In this document: piece after piece, positions 24,201-35,189 of the stretch
Numbering within the stretch: the first letter of the stretch is position 1
How the letters are laid out: each line of letters starts with the position of its first letter
Origin: Raillietiella orientalis
Taxonomy: Eukaryota
Assembly (NCBI GenBank): GCA_036172245.1
Contig: JAYWIR010000016.1
Coordinates: 3,906,001 to 3,970,000 of the forward strand
Length of the DNA: 64,000 nt
Direction: 5' to 3'
The notes under the pieces: model-generated
What the model saw: the letters and a program-made list of their open reading frames with translations, nothing else
Databases searched by the model: none
Told to the model about the DNA's origin: nothing
Position numbers and translations under genes: made by a program

Positions 24201-27156
24201 GCTCCGACGGTCCCATGGCGTGCTCGCGCAGCTGCTGAGTATCCTTGGCAACGCTGCGGATTCTCGCCACGAGATCGAGTCCCTCGTCTCTACGGGGCAT
24301 GCCGCGCACATGAGCGTTCCAGGGGCGCAAAGGCACGCATATCCCAAGAGCGAGGATTTTCCTAGGAGCTTTGATGACCGACCAAGCGGGGACAGAATCG
24401 GAGATCACGTTTCGGTCATGCTTGTCCTCAGGGTCTTTTACCTCTCTCTCGAAAAAGTGGAAACGAGACATTATCCGCACCTCCCGGGCATGCGTGGAGA
24501 TCTCTAAAAAAGCGTCGGAAGACTTTGGGAGATCCCCAAATCCGTTCAGTCCTTCTGAAGGGTCCCCGGGGCGTTTCCCTTTAGGGAGCTTTGGAACGCC
24601 CACGCAGAGCAAAAAGCAGGAAGGCCTTGCGTGGCGCCGTGCGCCGGTGGAGCGGGAAAAAAAAAGATGGGCCTGCCGGAGTGGAGCGGAAAGTCGAAAC
24701 TCTCCCCCCCCTTTCCGCCCGCATGAATGGGGAAGAGGGGGTAGGTTCAGCGGGCGGACGGGATTCCTCGGGACTCCCTGCGTGGGCAGTTTGGAGTCGG
24801 GTTTGGGAGGGAGGGGGAAACCGCTTGGAAAATGGAGGAGATGCCTCGGTCCCTCTGATGCGCTCGCAGATGCGGCTCGGGCGCTTCCGCGACTCGGGGA
24901 AAATACCCTGGGGAGATTTCCGGCTAGCTGATGGTGCAGTATCGACACGGTCACCTGCGGACAACGTTCTGGTCGAGACGGGTTCAGGAGAGCTCCCCAC
25001 GCTTCGATGCAGCGATCCCGGAGCAAGAGAGGGAAGGGGAAGGGGGCTGCAAGAAGATCGCAAAGAGCGGGCAAGCCCTTTTCTTGCAGGGCAATTCCCG
25101 CCCCAAGTCTGCAGCATCCGGCTTCGCAGATCCGGGGAGCACTCGGCCCCTGCAGCAAACCGCCCCCCCCCCCGCAGTCGGGGAAGGTCGCCGGCGCCGA
25201 TGGTTGACCATTGCAAGAGCTGGCAGGCGCATGCTCTGCATACCGACGAGTCTGGAGAGGTCCAGGTTTGACTCGGCAGAGACCTCAAGGTCCCTTGGAG
25301 TCTCTCCTGAGTCAAACCTGGTCCAGTGTCTGCCTCAGCGCTTCCCGGTGGGCCGGGAGGTAGAGCGCGTCTTCCTCCGGAGGGCACGTTCACGTCCCTC
25401 CCAGCCCCCAAGAGGGAGGAGCCACAGCGGCTTCCCAACATCGACGTGAGGGGGCAGATGCATCCGCCAAATCCACTTTCCGGGGTCCCTCTGGGTCTTC
25501 CCGTCTCTACATCCATCGGCAGGTCCTGTGAGGGATCCCAGTGCACGTTCCCCCTCGGGAGAAGCTAAGGCTGCCGCGCTGTCCACAGCGATCGTACGCC
25601 GCCTCCCAGGGAGCGCCCTGTGACGTGCCCAGTTGATGGCAACGACCCGGTGGACCCCCGCCGCCGAGCAATTCGTGGACACTGCGGGCCCTCGAGACGG
25701 CCCATCCCACCCCGCGGCTGGTCTGGGATCTCTCTCCCCCCTCAAAAGCGGCTGCTTTCCGCTCGCGTCGCGTTGCGGTGTTCCAGAGGGAGGCACCGGG
25801 CGGGCGGCCCGAGATTTCGATGGCTCCGTCGAACCGGTGCGCGAGCTGTGGGCGCGCCTCGACGCCTCCGACAGGCACTCCGTCAGGGCCTTCCGGTACA
25901 CCGTCTTCTAAGGGGTTGCAAGAGACACACATGGAGCCTCCCTGTTCCCAAACCCAGGCTGCAGGGGGATGGAGGCTTCCGGGCTTGTGAAGGATTGCGA
26001 GCGGGGCGGGGTCACCTTCCGGCAGTTTCCCTCGAGCCCTCTTTGCGTGGCTCCTTTTCGAGATGCTTCGCATGCTGTTGGGGAAGGGGGAGGGGCGGCA
26101 ACCCTGGCAACCGCTAGGTTCTTTTTTTTTTTTTGGTTTTCTAAGTACTCGAGGACCTCCTCAGGAGGGGAGGGGAGGGAGCTCACGAAACTCTTAAACA
26201 CCGTCCACGCCACCCGAGGGTGCATGTGACTCTGCAAGATAGGGGTCAATCTCGTAGGGATCACCCCATGAATCCAGGGAGGCTCCGGAGGAAGGGGTCC
26301 ATTCCTCTGACGCTTAGTAAGGGAACCCTAAAGGGGACCCCCTCCTCCTGATTCTCTCCAGAGGGACCCCCGTTTTGGGGGGGACCCTCTTCGTTTCTTC
26401 TCCTAGGGGGCCCACATGGGATCCGCTCCTGTTTGCTACTCCTGAAGACAGCTTTCCAGAAGAGACACTTCCCAGTTTCCCTGAAGGGCGCTTTCCGAAG
26501 GGAGCAATGCCCTTCTTGGTACTCTAGAGAAGCGACCCCTTCGGAAGAGAGCATCAACCAACTCCATCTTCACAACCAAAGGGGAACCCCGCTGAAAAGA
26601 CCCCGGCGGGTCGACGTTCAATCCCGGGTACCAATCGACGGGGTCATCCACCAGTGCCGTCGCACCCGAAGTCAACCGAGGCCCGCCAGCGCCATCCTGA
26701 GGGGGGCACTCGACACTCGCGACGCGTGGCGCGAAGTGTAGGAACCACACGGCTGCCAGATCCTGAGGGGAGGAGGGGGGAGCCTGTGAGGTGGGGTCGT
26801 CTCGGAACGCGCGTGGCCAGTGGCCAGAGCAGCAGGAAGCGCACGCACATCCTGTTTCCCAAGGGCACGCCTCACCCTGCAGGGGTTCGAGCGGGCTGCA
26901 GGACGTGGGGAGGGGAGGCAGGGCGCTGCCGCGGGCGACGCGTTCGGGGAAATCCCGGGTGAGGGCACCTCCATCCTCAGGTCATTCTCTCCACCGCCCC
27001 CTCCTTGGACCCGGAGCGCGTCCACGGCAACCGCGTGTTTACCCCGCCCCTTCCTCTCTCGGGCTGCCTGGAACGCAAGCCGTCCGACCAAGACTCACCT
27101 GTGAGGGTGGCGGCCACCAGCAGGGTGAGAGGGAGGAGGAAGTGCGGCGAATTCAT
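15062..27156 (-). CDS. Clip-domain serine protease homologue (non-catalytic SPH), 8 coding exons, 425 aa
   Basis: Exons 27099-27156, 21973-22191, 18816-18996, 18671-18764, 17765-17868, 17435-17700, 17147-17331 and 15062-15232 join through GT-AG introns with consistent phases into a 1278-nt ORF. It encodes a signal peptide, a six-Cys clip domain, ENPWL, TAAHC, DIAVVKL and ITAACLP, with CKLGGSPL in place of GDSGGPL. Confidence 0.9.
17147..17331 (-). CDS. SPH exon 7 (GDGTYGNALEI...LLCV...SSRRCK)
   Basis: TTTCCAG acceptor, GTGAGA donor, Cys spacing consistent with the trypsin fold. Confidence 0.85.
17435..17700 (-). CDS. SPH exon 6 (VRMG...DIAVVKL...ITAACLP)
   Basis: Trypsin Asp motif. Overlaps the provided ORF 17352..17681. 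Confidence 0.92.
17765..17868 (-). CDS. SPH exon 5 (ASIGYY...CEGTIISHLYVLTAAHCTK)
   Basis: Trypsin His motif TAAHC, TTCTAG acceptor and GTGAGT donor. Confidence 0.92.
18671..18764 (-). CDS. SPH exon 4 (...KPNENPWL)
   Basis: Phase-2 to phase-0 exon ending in the trypsin-family PW motif, GTAAGT donor. Confidence 0.85.
18816..18996 (-). CDS. SPH exon 3, linker (VCGRRRFRRSVELP...)
   Basis: TTTCAG acceptor, open frame carrying the conserved linker CG, GTAAG donor. Confidence 0.85.
19600..20190 (+). repeat. SINE-like repeat copy in SPH intron 2
   Basis: CCCGCAGGACGGCGCCGG, GTCGACCCTCCAGGGGTC and family body subrepeats. Confidence 0.75.
21973..22191 (-). CDS. SPH exon 2, clip domain
   Basis: Encodes FCNTFGNQYGYCTWLTQCPGFQEILYQGLFPPICSWTEILPVICC, with TTTCAG acceptor and GTGAGC donor. 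Confidence 0.9.
22500..22670. repeat. Fragment of the AT-rich element
   Basis: AT island ending in GATCGTTCGAGATTT...GTTCGGGATTTTGATC. Confidence 0.5.
22950..26110 (-). mobile_element. Cluster of heavily decayed L1/Tx1 ORF2 fragments in SPH intron 1
   Basis: WSVIKAPRKILALGI, LCVGVP, SAGDRVD (cf. AFDRV), CLECG and CVSCNP finger remnants. Boundaries approximate. Confidence 0.5.
26120..26760 (-). repeat. SINE-like repeat copy in SPH intron 1
   Basis: Head-to-tail homology on the minus strand. Confidence 0.75.
27099..27156 (-). CDS. SPH exon 1, signal peptide MNSPHFLLPLTLLVAATLT
   Basis: ATG, hydrophobic stretch and a phase-1 donor GTGAGT that matches the exon 2 phase. Confidence 0.8.
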
Positions 27157-27337
27157 CTTCAGGCGGAGATGTAGACGGAGCTCCAGGTCAGTTTCTCGAA
27201 GGCGGCGAGAAGGACTCGGCTGTTCCGCTTCCGGCTTTCTGGTGCAGCACCGAACTGCACGCTCACTCGATCCTAGACCCAAGAGCCACCAGCCCAACCT
27301 GCCAGATACTCGCGTGTCTCACGCGCACGCGCAGGCG

Positions 27338-27345
27338 TATATATA
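27338..27345 (-). promoter_or_regulatory. Possible TATA box of the SPH gene
   Basis: Isolated TATATATA in a GC-rich context about 185 nt upstream of the ATG. Confidence 0.4.
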
Positions 27346-27582
27346 CGTGCCGGAAAACCGACAGGGGAACCCTGGTGGTCACCGGTTCACCTTGAACGGG
27401 CGGCGGCGGGGGGGGGGGGGGAAGTCTTTTTTTATCTCGTGAGCATCAACACCATCCTACAATGACCTGCTATCTCGCGCTGCCCTTTTGGCCCTCTGAT
27501 GAGTCTTACGAACCGAGCAGTGACGGCGGTTCCTTCCTGCAGGCATCTGCCAGCTTCCAGGAGCAAAGAGACACACGGCGTT

Positions 27583-29165
27583 GCCACTTGGTCACTCCGG
27601 GGTCTCCGTCCATTGGGAAGGGAGGAAATTCAGCGTATTCCGTGTGTCCCGCCACGGGTCCCTACACGAGGAGTCTGCCGGGCCGCCGGCCCGCACGCCG
27701 ACGAGGTTCACCCCGGCAGCGCAGCGGAGGGTGAGGAAACCAAGGGGGAAAAGCAAGGTAAATAGGGAGGGCCGGGAAGGAGCCGCAGTCCCCCGAAGGG
27801 AGCTCCTCGCATCCTTTCCAGGGTACCGGCAAGTGCCACCTGCATGGCGCCCAGGGGCGTGGCCCTCCGGCCGCGATCCACGGAAAGCGAGGCCTCCCTC
27901 TCGCCTCGCGCTCTGCTCCAGGACGCCACGATCCCGCGGATGCAGCAAGGAGCTGCTAAGGATGTGGCTGGTGGAAGGGCGCTCCTGCGAAGTGGAGTTC
28001 TACGAGGTCCCTGGGGCTGCCGACCGAGGGAGGTCCTCAGGGTCGTCCCGAAACGTTTCCCACGGGGGCTGGAGGGCAGCGCGGCGGTCCACCGCGGGAG
28101 CAGCTGAGGGAGGGGGGATTCCCGTTCCCCGCACTTGTCTGGGCTCGCCCTTCCCAGCGTCCAGCGGTGTCGGTGGAGAAGATTCCAGTGCAACAGCAGG
28201 GGTGTCGACTCCCGCCACCGCCTCAGGGGCAGCGCCAAGGTCCACTTCCGTTCCTCGCCAAGGATACCCGGCAGCTCGCCCCAGCGTGCAGGTCCACGTG
28301 AAAGGGCACATGGGGCCGCGGCGTCGGTCCACTGCCCGTGGGTCCAGACACTTTTCTGTTTCCTCCTGCCTGCGATCTCGCTGGAGAATTCCCACCTCCC
28401 CGGTCGGCTGCTGCCATCTGTCTCCCTCAGGGAGGCCATCGTCGCAGCAAGGGGTGCCGGCTCCTCCCGCTCGCGCGCGCGTGCCGGGACTCTCCAGGGT
28501 CTTCCGCAGCGAGCAGCGAGCTGGGCTGCCGAGTCGCAGGCGGGCCCGTCCAACTCCGCCCCACGAGGTACCAGCCCTTCCCTCTCGCCAGGCGCTGGGG
28601 TCGGCGGGCTATCCGGCCGTTTTCACCCGCCACGGTGGCCGCTCGTCCCAGGAGGTGTCCGCAAGTGTCGCCCGGAGCGCGAAAGGTGAGGGACGCGAGT
28701 CCTTCGTTCGGCCTGGCGAGGAGGCGTGCGTGGCCGCACACCTCGATCCTCGCCACGACGGCCGGCATTATCCATCGCCACTGGGTCTGCATCTCCATCC
28801 GCTCCGGCGCCAGGAGGCTGAGGCCGTCTTCCCGACGAGGAGCGCACAATTACTTCAGTTGGACTCGGCACCTTCGTTTACCCCGGAGGGCAATTCCCAG
28901 TTTACTTCTCGAAAGACGGATCAATCAAAAAGTAGGGGGCCGAGGAGGGGGGTGCCGTCAACGTTTTCAAACCGCGGCCCGTATTCCGGCAAGTGGAACT
29001 TGCCCTTCAGAAACGGGTAGTGCGCCGTCTCTACTTTCTGGAGACGGCTGGACCAGGGCGCTTCCTCTAGGCAGGATCCCCCAACGGAACTCCAAGGTGC
29101 TTCAAGTACCTGCCCGTGGAGATTCCCTGGAGGATCCTTTCCAGGAGACCTCTGCAGAAGATCGA
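27583..29165 (-). mobile_element. 5'-truncated Tx1-like copy (post-RT region, damaged CCHC finger, 3' terminus)
   Basis: YLKHLGVPLGD, MCAPRREDGLSLL and CCIRGIVASW, homologous to 37.9-38.8 kb. Confidence 0.85.
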
Positions 29166-29781
29166 TGAATGCAAGAGAGGAGCCGGTGCTGCGAGCTGCA
29201 GAACTTCGTCTTTTTGACGAGGAAGGAAAACCATGGAAACTTGGAGCAAGAGGCAGTGTCCAAGATAACCTCCGTTTCGGGACGTTTCGCAGATTCCTCG
29301 CCTAGGGAAGCTGGACAGCGGGCTCTCATGGGAGCGCCGCTTTCTGAGAGGGTTCCTCGTAGGCTCCGCATCATCCGCGGACAGATTGGTTGCGCGGGGA
29401 GGGCTCCGCTGCTGTTCCTGAGAAGTCGGCGAAGAGCGTGCTCTCATTCCCATGGCGCCGCGGCGCTGTTCTTCCAGCTTGTCGCTCCCGGGTCGCTGAT
29501 CATTAAGATAAATTGGAACAAGGGAAAAGTCGGATGGGGTTTTCCCTCCGTCGCGGGAGTTTGGTACCGCTGATCCGGGAAGTCTCGGAGGGTATCGCTT
29601 CTCCGAGCAGTCGCGGAAGAGGCCCTCTCGGGGAGATTAGGAGGGAGGGAGATAAACAAAAATACAGCAGTACCTCGGTACTCGGCGCATGCTCGGAACT
29701 CGACACCCCACTCTCATGATGAAACGAGTGGACGCTTTCGTCTTGTGGCAGCTCGCGAACAGTGCCGAACACTTCCATAGA

Positions 29782-30660
29782 TTTTCACCCGGATTTCGCC
29801 GGGTCGTTTATTTAAAAATAAACTTTTACAAAGACGTGCAGTGGCTGGACCAATCCTCCAGCCACGCACGAAGAAACACGGAGCCTGCCGGGTCACCGGT
29901 TCTCAGACCGGTACGGTCCACCAAGGCAGCAGGGGGAAAGGGGAAAAACAAAAAACTAAACGAAAAGAAAAAAAAGAGTGGGAGGGTACGGGAAGGGATC
30001 ACTGTTGCTGCTGGGGCCGTATCATCCTTCTCAGGATGCCGGCAAGCTCTTCCTGCATTAGCGGATCCAGGTGGGGCCATCGCGACTCCCTCCTCAGGGA
30101 CTGGGAGGCTGGCTGGATGGCACCCTGGTCGCATGGTCCTCCCGTAGCCGTGCTCCATGCGGCCACGATCCCGCGAAGGCAGCATAAGGCTGCTATCGAG
30201 GCCGCTGGCCGAAGGCCTTCGGCAACGAAGAGGGCTTTGAATGCGTCCCTGGGGTTGCCGAGGGGATTCCGATAGACGCGGCAAAGCGGAACCAAAGGGG
30301 CCGAAAGGCAACACAATCCACTAGGAGGTGGGGGAGGGACTCCCGTTCCCCACACCTAACACAATTGGGGTCCACCGCTCCCCAGGTCCAGTGGTGTCGG
30401 CTGGCCTTGCAGGGGAGTCCCCAGTGCTGCGACAGGAGAGCCGACTCCTGCCATTTTAAGGGGAGGGCGGAAGTGTTCATGAGCACCGGGGGCCACTTCA
30501 GATGTTCAATGGGAACATCGAGCAGCGCGCCCCAGCGCAGAAGTCCATTGGGAGGCGTACTCGGGGTCGCAGCATCTGTTAACTGGTCCGTCTTCCACTC
30601 TCCCTGCTTCTTCTCCTTTACGGAGATGGTTGCTTTAACCTCCCACTTCGCCGCAACACT
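29782..30660 (-). mobile_element. 5'-truncated Tx1-like copy with intact CCHC finger and complete 3' UTR
   Basis: Encodes CVRCGERESLPHLLVDC and ALCCLRGIVAAWS, followed by a pyrimidine tract, hairpins and AATAAA. Confidence 0.85.
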
Positions 30661-30899
30661 TCCGTAGAGTGCCTCACGAACCGCTCCCTTTTTGTGTGCT
30701 TCCTGTGCGTTTTAAGCGTTAATCGTGGGTCCTGAAATGGTTAAAAAGGATACCACGAAAGCTAGGAAGGAACTCGTTCGGTACTCGTCGGTTTCGGCAC
30801 TCGTCACGACTTCCGGAACGGATTACCTACGAGTACCAAGGTGCCGCTGTAAGTAAAGAAATATTTCAGAAAAAGCTACAGAAAATGTTTGGTGGAAGG

Positions 30900-32070
30900 G
30901 TGGGGGTGGGGGAAAGGGAGGGATCGCAGGATGTTCCCTGGTGTCCTCTGCATCCTCTCAGAGCAAGTTCCCCCCGATTGTGCTTCTGGTGCTGTCAGGT
31001 CGTCGCGATCCTCAGGAACGAGAAGACGAAGGGGAAGATAGCTTCTCTGCTGTACCGGCCTCTGCTGTCGGGACTTCCAGTGCCACGATCCCACCACAGG
31101 CGCAGCTCACAGATTAGCGGTCGTCGGGGTAGGCGGCATCCCGCCAAGAGTGAAAAGGTATCTGAATGAGGCCCTCGGGCGGTCTCCTGGGAGGTTCAAG
31201 GGCGTGGTCAAACGTCTCCACACACACCGGAAGGCAATGCACTCCAAAAGAAGGCGCGGCGGGATTTCCCTTTTGCCGCCCCTACCCCGGTCCAGTGGTG
31301 GAAACGCGCGTTGCACGGGATAGCCCGATGCTGCAGCAGTCGTGACGCCGAGTCCTGCAGCTTCCGGGAAAAAAAGGAGCTTTCCGAGAACACCGCGGGG
31401 ATCTCCACTTCCTACAACGGAATTCTAAGGGGATCCGCCTGGAGGAGAAGTCCTTTGAGGCGGGGAGAAACTTCGTCCAGCTGATGCGCCGTCCAGCATC
31501 CCAATCATTTTCTTCCTTCCTACGATCTCGCAATTTATTTCCCATTTCCCGGGCTGGTGGCTGTCTTGGCCATCCCACAAGGACGACTGCCTTCCGGAAA
31601 GAGGGGGTTTGCTGGGCCCACGGTGTTTTCCTCGGGCAGTCCATCATCTCCTTCAGCGGGCGTAATTGGAGCGCCGCGGACTCCCAGGCTCGTACCTCCC
31701 GATCTTCGCCCGCGTTCGAGCTGTTCCCAGGCACCACGGTTCGTCGGCGAGCACGGGATCTAAGTGGGATCCCGCGCCAAGGCAACCATCCGCGTCGCTG
31801 CATCCTCCTTTCGCTGCAACCGAGGAACAGGCTGAGTCCCTCCAAGCGGGCAGCTCGCTCGGTCTGGAACTCGGCTGGAACGCGCCAAGGTGCACTCCCG
31901 CCAGAACTGCTCTTCGCAACTGGAGCCGACATTCCAACCTTTCTAGCGTTCGGGACGCCGAGTTCGTCCAGACACGGAGCGAACGAGTCCTTCGAGAGGC
32001 ACCCGCGAAAAGGCTCTCCGCCCATCTGCGATACTCGCGTGCCGTCAACACGGAACGCTTCAACTGATGA
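30900..32070 (-). mobile_element. Degenerate L1/Tx1 ORF2 C-terminal fragment
   Basis: GKREIPPRLLLECIAFRCVW (finger remnant) and SFAPCLDELGVP. Confidence 0.6.
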
Positions 32071-32079
32071 GCCCCGCAC

Positions 32080-32250
32080 CCCAAAAATTAATATACATAA
32101 TGAACAAATACATTAATTTTATAATTTTTATAAGGTGCATCGATCACGTGCTTATTACCAATTATATTCATAAATTGGTGCTTTAAAATAAATTTTGTAC
32201 ATTAATCTATGCATTTGTTTATTTTTTTGTGATCGTTCGGGATTTTCACC
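32080..32250. repeat. Fragment of the AT-rich element
   Basis: AT island ending in GATCGTTCGGGATTTT. Confidence 0.5.
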
Positions 32251-32769
32251 GGCACCTTTGCTGACCATGGAGATGGCACCCGCGCTGTGCAAATGACCAC
32301 GTCCACTACGGAGCGTTCGCAAATCCACGCGTCTGCGGCACCGCTGCCGTTGAACGAATTCATCACAGCATAGCCGTCCAATCGGTGAGCAGGAGGAGGA
32401 GTGCTGAAGATTATCCTGACAGGAAGCTTTCCTCCTGAATTTCATTCCTGCTGACGGGAAGCTCCCCACTGGCGCGTGCTGGCCATCTCAGGTGGACAAG
32501 CAGCACGAACCCGTCCAAAGTGCAGGGGTAAAAGTGGCCATGCTTCGAGTCCACGCCACACCGAGCGCGGTGCGGCATTGCGGGAATCGCGCCTCCCGGC
32601 CGCTCACGGAAGGATTGTGACTGCCTGATCAGTCTTGTCCACTGGCCGCCTGCGTGGTGAAACTCCCGATGGGCTGCCCTGACCACCGGAGGATGGAGAC
32701 TGAAGGTGAGGACTTCCTCGCTCAGCTCGAGAAGCGGGTAGAGACACGAAGGCTTCCCGGTTTTTGACG

Positions 32770-33250
32770 CCTCGATTCCTGGGGCATCCTCCGGGGTCCT
32801 TACAGGAATTGAGGAGCCCTCCAGTTGTGAAGATAGAGCCGCCGCCTACCTGGTGGGAGACCCCCCATCGCCTACTATCGAGCTGGTTGATGCCTCTCTC
32901 TGAGTGTAAGAGCGCTGCTCCTTTCGGGGATTCTCTTCAGAGGAGGAAACAGGGAGCGGATACTTTCCTGGTTCCCTTCAGAGAAGAAACGAGGAGTGGC
33001 CCCTCCAGGGGGTCCTTCCGGGGTTCCCCTCCCAAGCGTGGGAGGAACGGAACCCTTCCTCCCTGGATTCATGGAGTGGTCCCGACGAGGTTGACCCCTA
33101 TCTTGCAGGGTCGCACGGGTGGCGTCGACGGCATCAAAGAGCTTCGTGAGCCTACCCTGAGGAGGAGTACTGTTCTTCGGCACTGCTTGAGAACCAAAAG
33201 GAAAATTCGGAAGGAAAGCTGCGAAAGCAGGTGAACCCAAAGCAGAAGAA
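32770..33250 (+). repeat. 5'-truncated SINE-like copy
   Basis: Body and tail homology. Confidence 0.72.
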
Positions 33251-33590
33251 CCCATGGGGACTTCCTTCTTGAGTGAGAGGATGGGGGCATTGGGATGTCC
33301 CCACTTGGTGGGCTCGAGGGTGGAACTTGCCTACATCCTGCACAGTATGCAGAGGGCCTCAGGGAATTGCCCGTAGCTCTTCCTCGCTTGCCCACCCTTC
33401 CCCCTTTCCTGTCTCCCCTACAGACGCAGCCACAAACCTTTTCATTTGTGTTTTCGTCACCCCTCCCACTCTTTCCCCGAGACGGAGCTCAGCGTCCGGA
33501 TCCCGGCCAGCTCACACAGAACTGTTCGGACGTTGGTAGCAGCTGGCGCACTGCACCATTCGTTTACTTCTGTGTGTTTCTTTGTCGCCC
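33250..33590 (-). repeat. Unclassified dispersed repeat, homologue of 430-750
   Basis: Both copies translate to TKKHTEVxEWC..AATN.RT.L.ELAG. Confidence 0.75.
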
Positions 33591-35189
33591 GATGCACTGG
33601 AGGCTTCCGGGAGGCCGGGCAATCGCGGGAACGGTTCCTGGCCACCGAGCAGCAGTGGCTGGCAGGCTATAAGAAACGGGATCCTTTCCTCTCCCAGTCG
33701 GTTGACGAAGAGGACGTCGGGTGGGGTGTCGTGTGTGGTGCCAGGATATCCACTGACACATGGTTCTGGCTGTGCACGATTTTTTTCGAGGCATGGCACA
33801 TTCTCAGGGTTGCCCCTGTTGGGGCAGCCGGTCTCCGTGAGCTCCGCACCCCCGCCTGCTCGAATCGGTCACATGGGAGTCAACGGTAAATGAGAACACG
33901 TCCTCAAAGCTTGCAGGTCTTTTGACCTGATGGCGAGGGGGAGCACCGCCGCGCCTGCCGCACACCTGTCATTTTATCACCACCGGACTTCCAGGCATGG
34001 ACAATTCGGCGATAATTGTCTTGAGGCGGTTGACGTAAATCAGGACGACCAACGAGGAAGACACCTCTCCACGCTGGTCACGCGGCATTGGACTTCTTCC
34101 CCCCTGTGTGGTGATTGGAACCGGGTAGGACTTCGAGTCGTTCCAGCGCTGCATGTTCGCTGCTCACAGCAAACACCTCGTTGTCACCGGGCTCAAATCA
34201 AAGAAGGAAGCACGGGGATCACCTGCAAGTCCGCTAGATTGGGTCCGCCGATGGGGTAGCTCCACCGACGCAAAGTGCTGCTGCTTTGTTCAAGCCCGCC
34301 CGTTTCCTTCGAGGGTCAGCTGTTCCCCGGCCACCGAAGGAACGGGTTAATTTGAAAAACGGAAAACTAAACCAAGACCTAATGGTCCCTCCTCCAAAGG
34401 AAGGGCGATTTATAATGCAATTCAGGTCAATTGGTCAAAAGGTACAGATTGGGACCAGGGATCCCGAAATAGAAATGTTGCGATTATCGAAGGTGATGCT
34501 CGCGGACGCGCGGCTTCCGCTGGCATCTAGCGGAAGTAAACTGAAACGCCGATCGTTCCGCCGTCACTCGCGAAGGATACGGGCAGCGGCGGACTACTCG
34601 GTGGCGGCTGACCGTCAGATGGCAGCAGTTTCTTCGATGCTTCCGGATCCCGATGAACGAGTTGCAGGGCAGTCGGATCCCCGCATTCCAGCGGATGCAG
34701 GGGGCCGTCAACCCACCCACGCCATGCTGCACTCTGCGGAAATGGTCGACTCCGGGCGACTTGGAATGGCCGACTCCGGCGTGTTCTGCCGGCGGTTTTC
34801 AGGACGGACGAGTCCGCCGCGCCTCCGTGCTGTCGGACTCCTCCTTTGCGGCACCTTCCAGCGGTAAAGGAAAAGGGGAGCTGGGAACTCAGGCAAATGT
34901 CCAGGGAAAGCAGGGCCTCACCTGATTTACGCCGCCGCCCCTGCGAGATATTCGGTCCCGGCCGTCGCTCGCGGTCTCAGGTGCTCGCGCCAGCTGCCAC
35001 GAAGTCCTTCCAAGAACGGGTCCGCAAGCGGTACATGAGCCCCAGAGCGGATCGTTGCAGCCCATGACTACGGGGAGAAGGTGTGATCCCCGTTACCGCA
35101 GAAGCGGAAGATACACGGCGCTTCCTCCTCATCCTTCTCCTCTCTGTGGCTCGCTAGCGTCTTCCTCACGCTGCGTTTCCTAGCGTCAA

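Noticed and set aside
27581..29020. 479-aa plus-strand ORF (and the 333-aa mirror at 35233-36234)
   Set aside because: Antisense to a Tx1 fragment, and its frame is broken by an indel in the near-identical twin.
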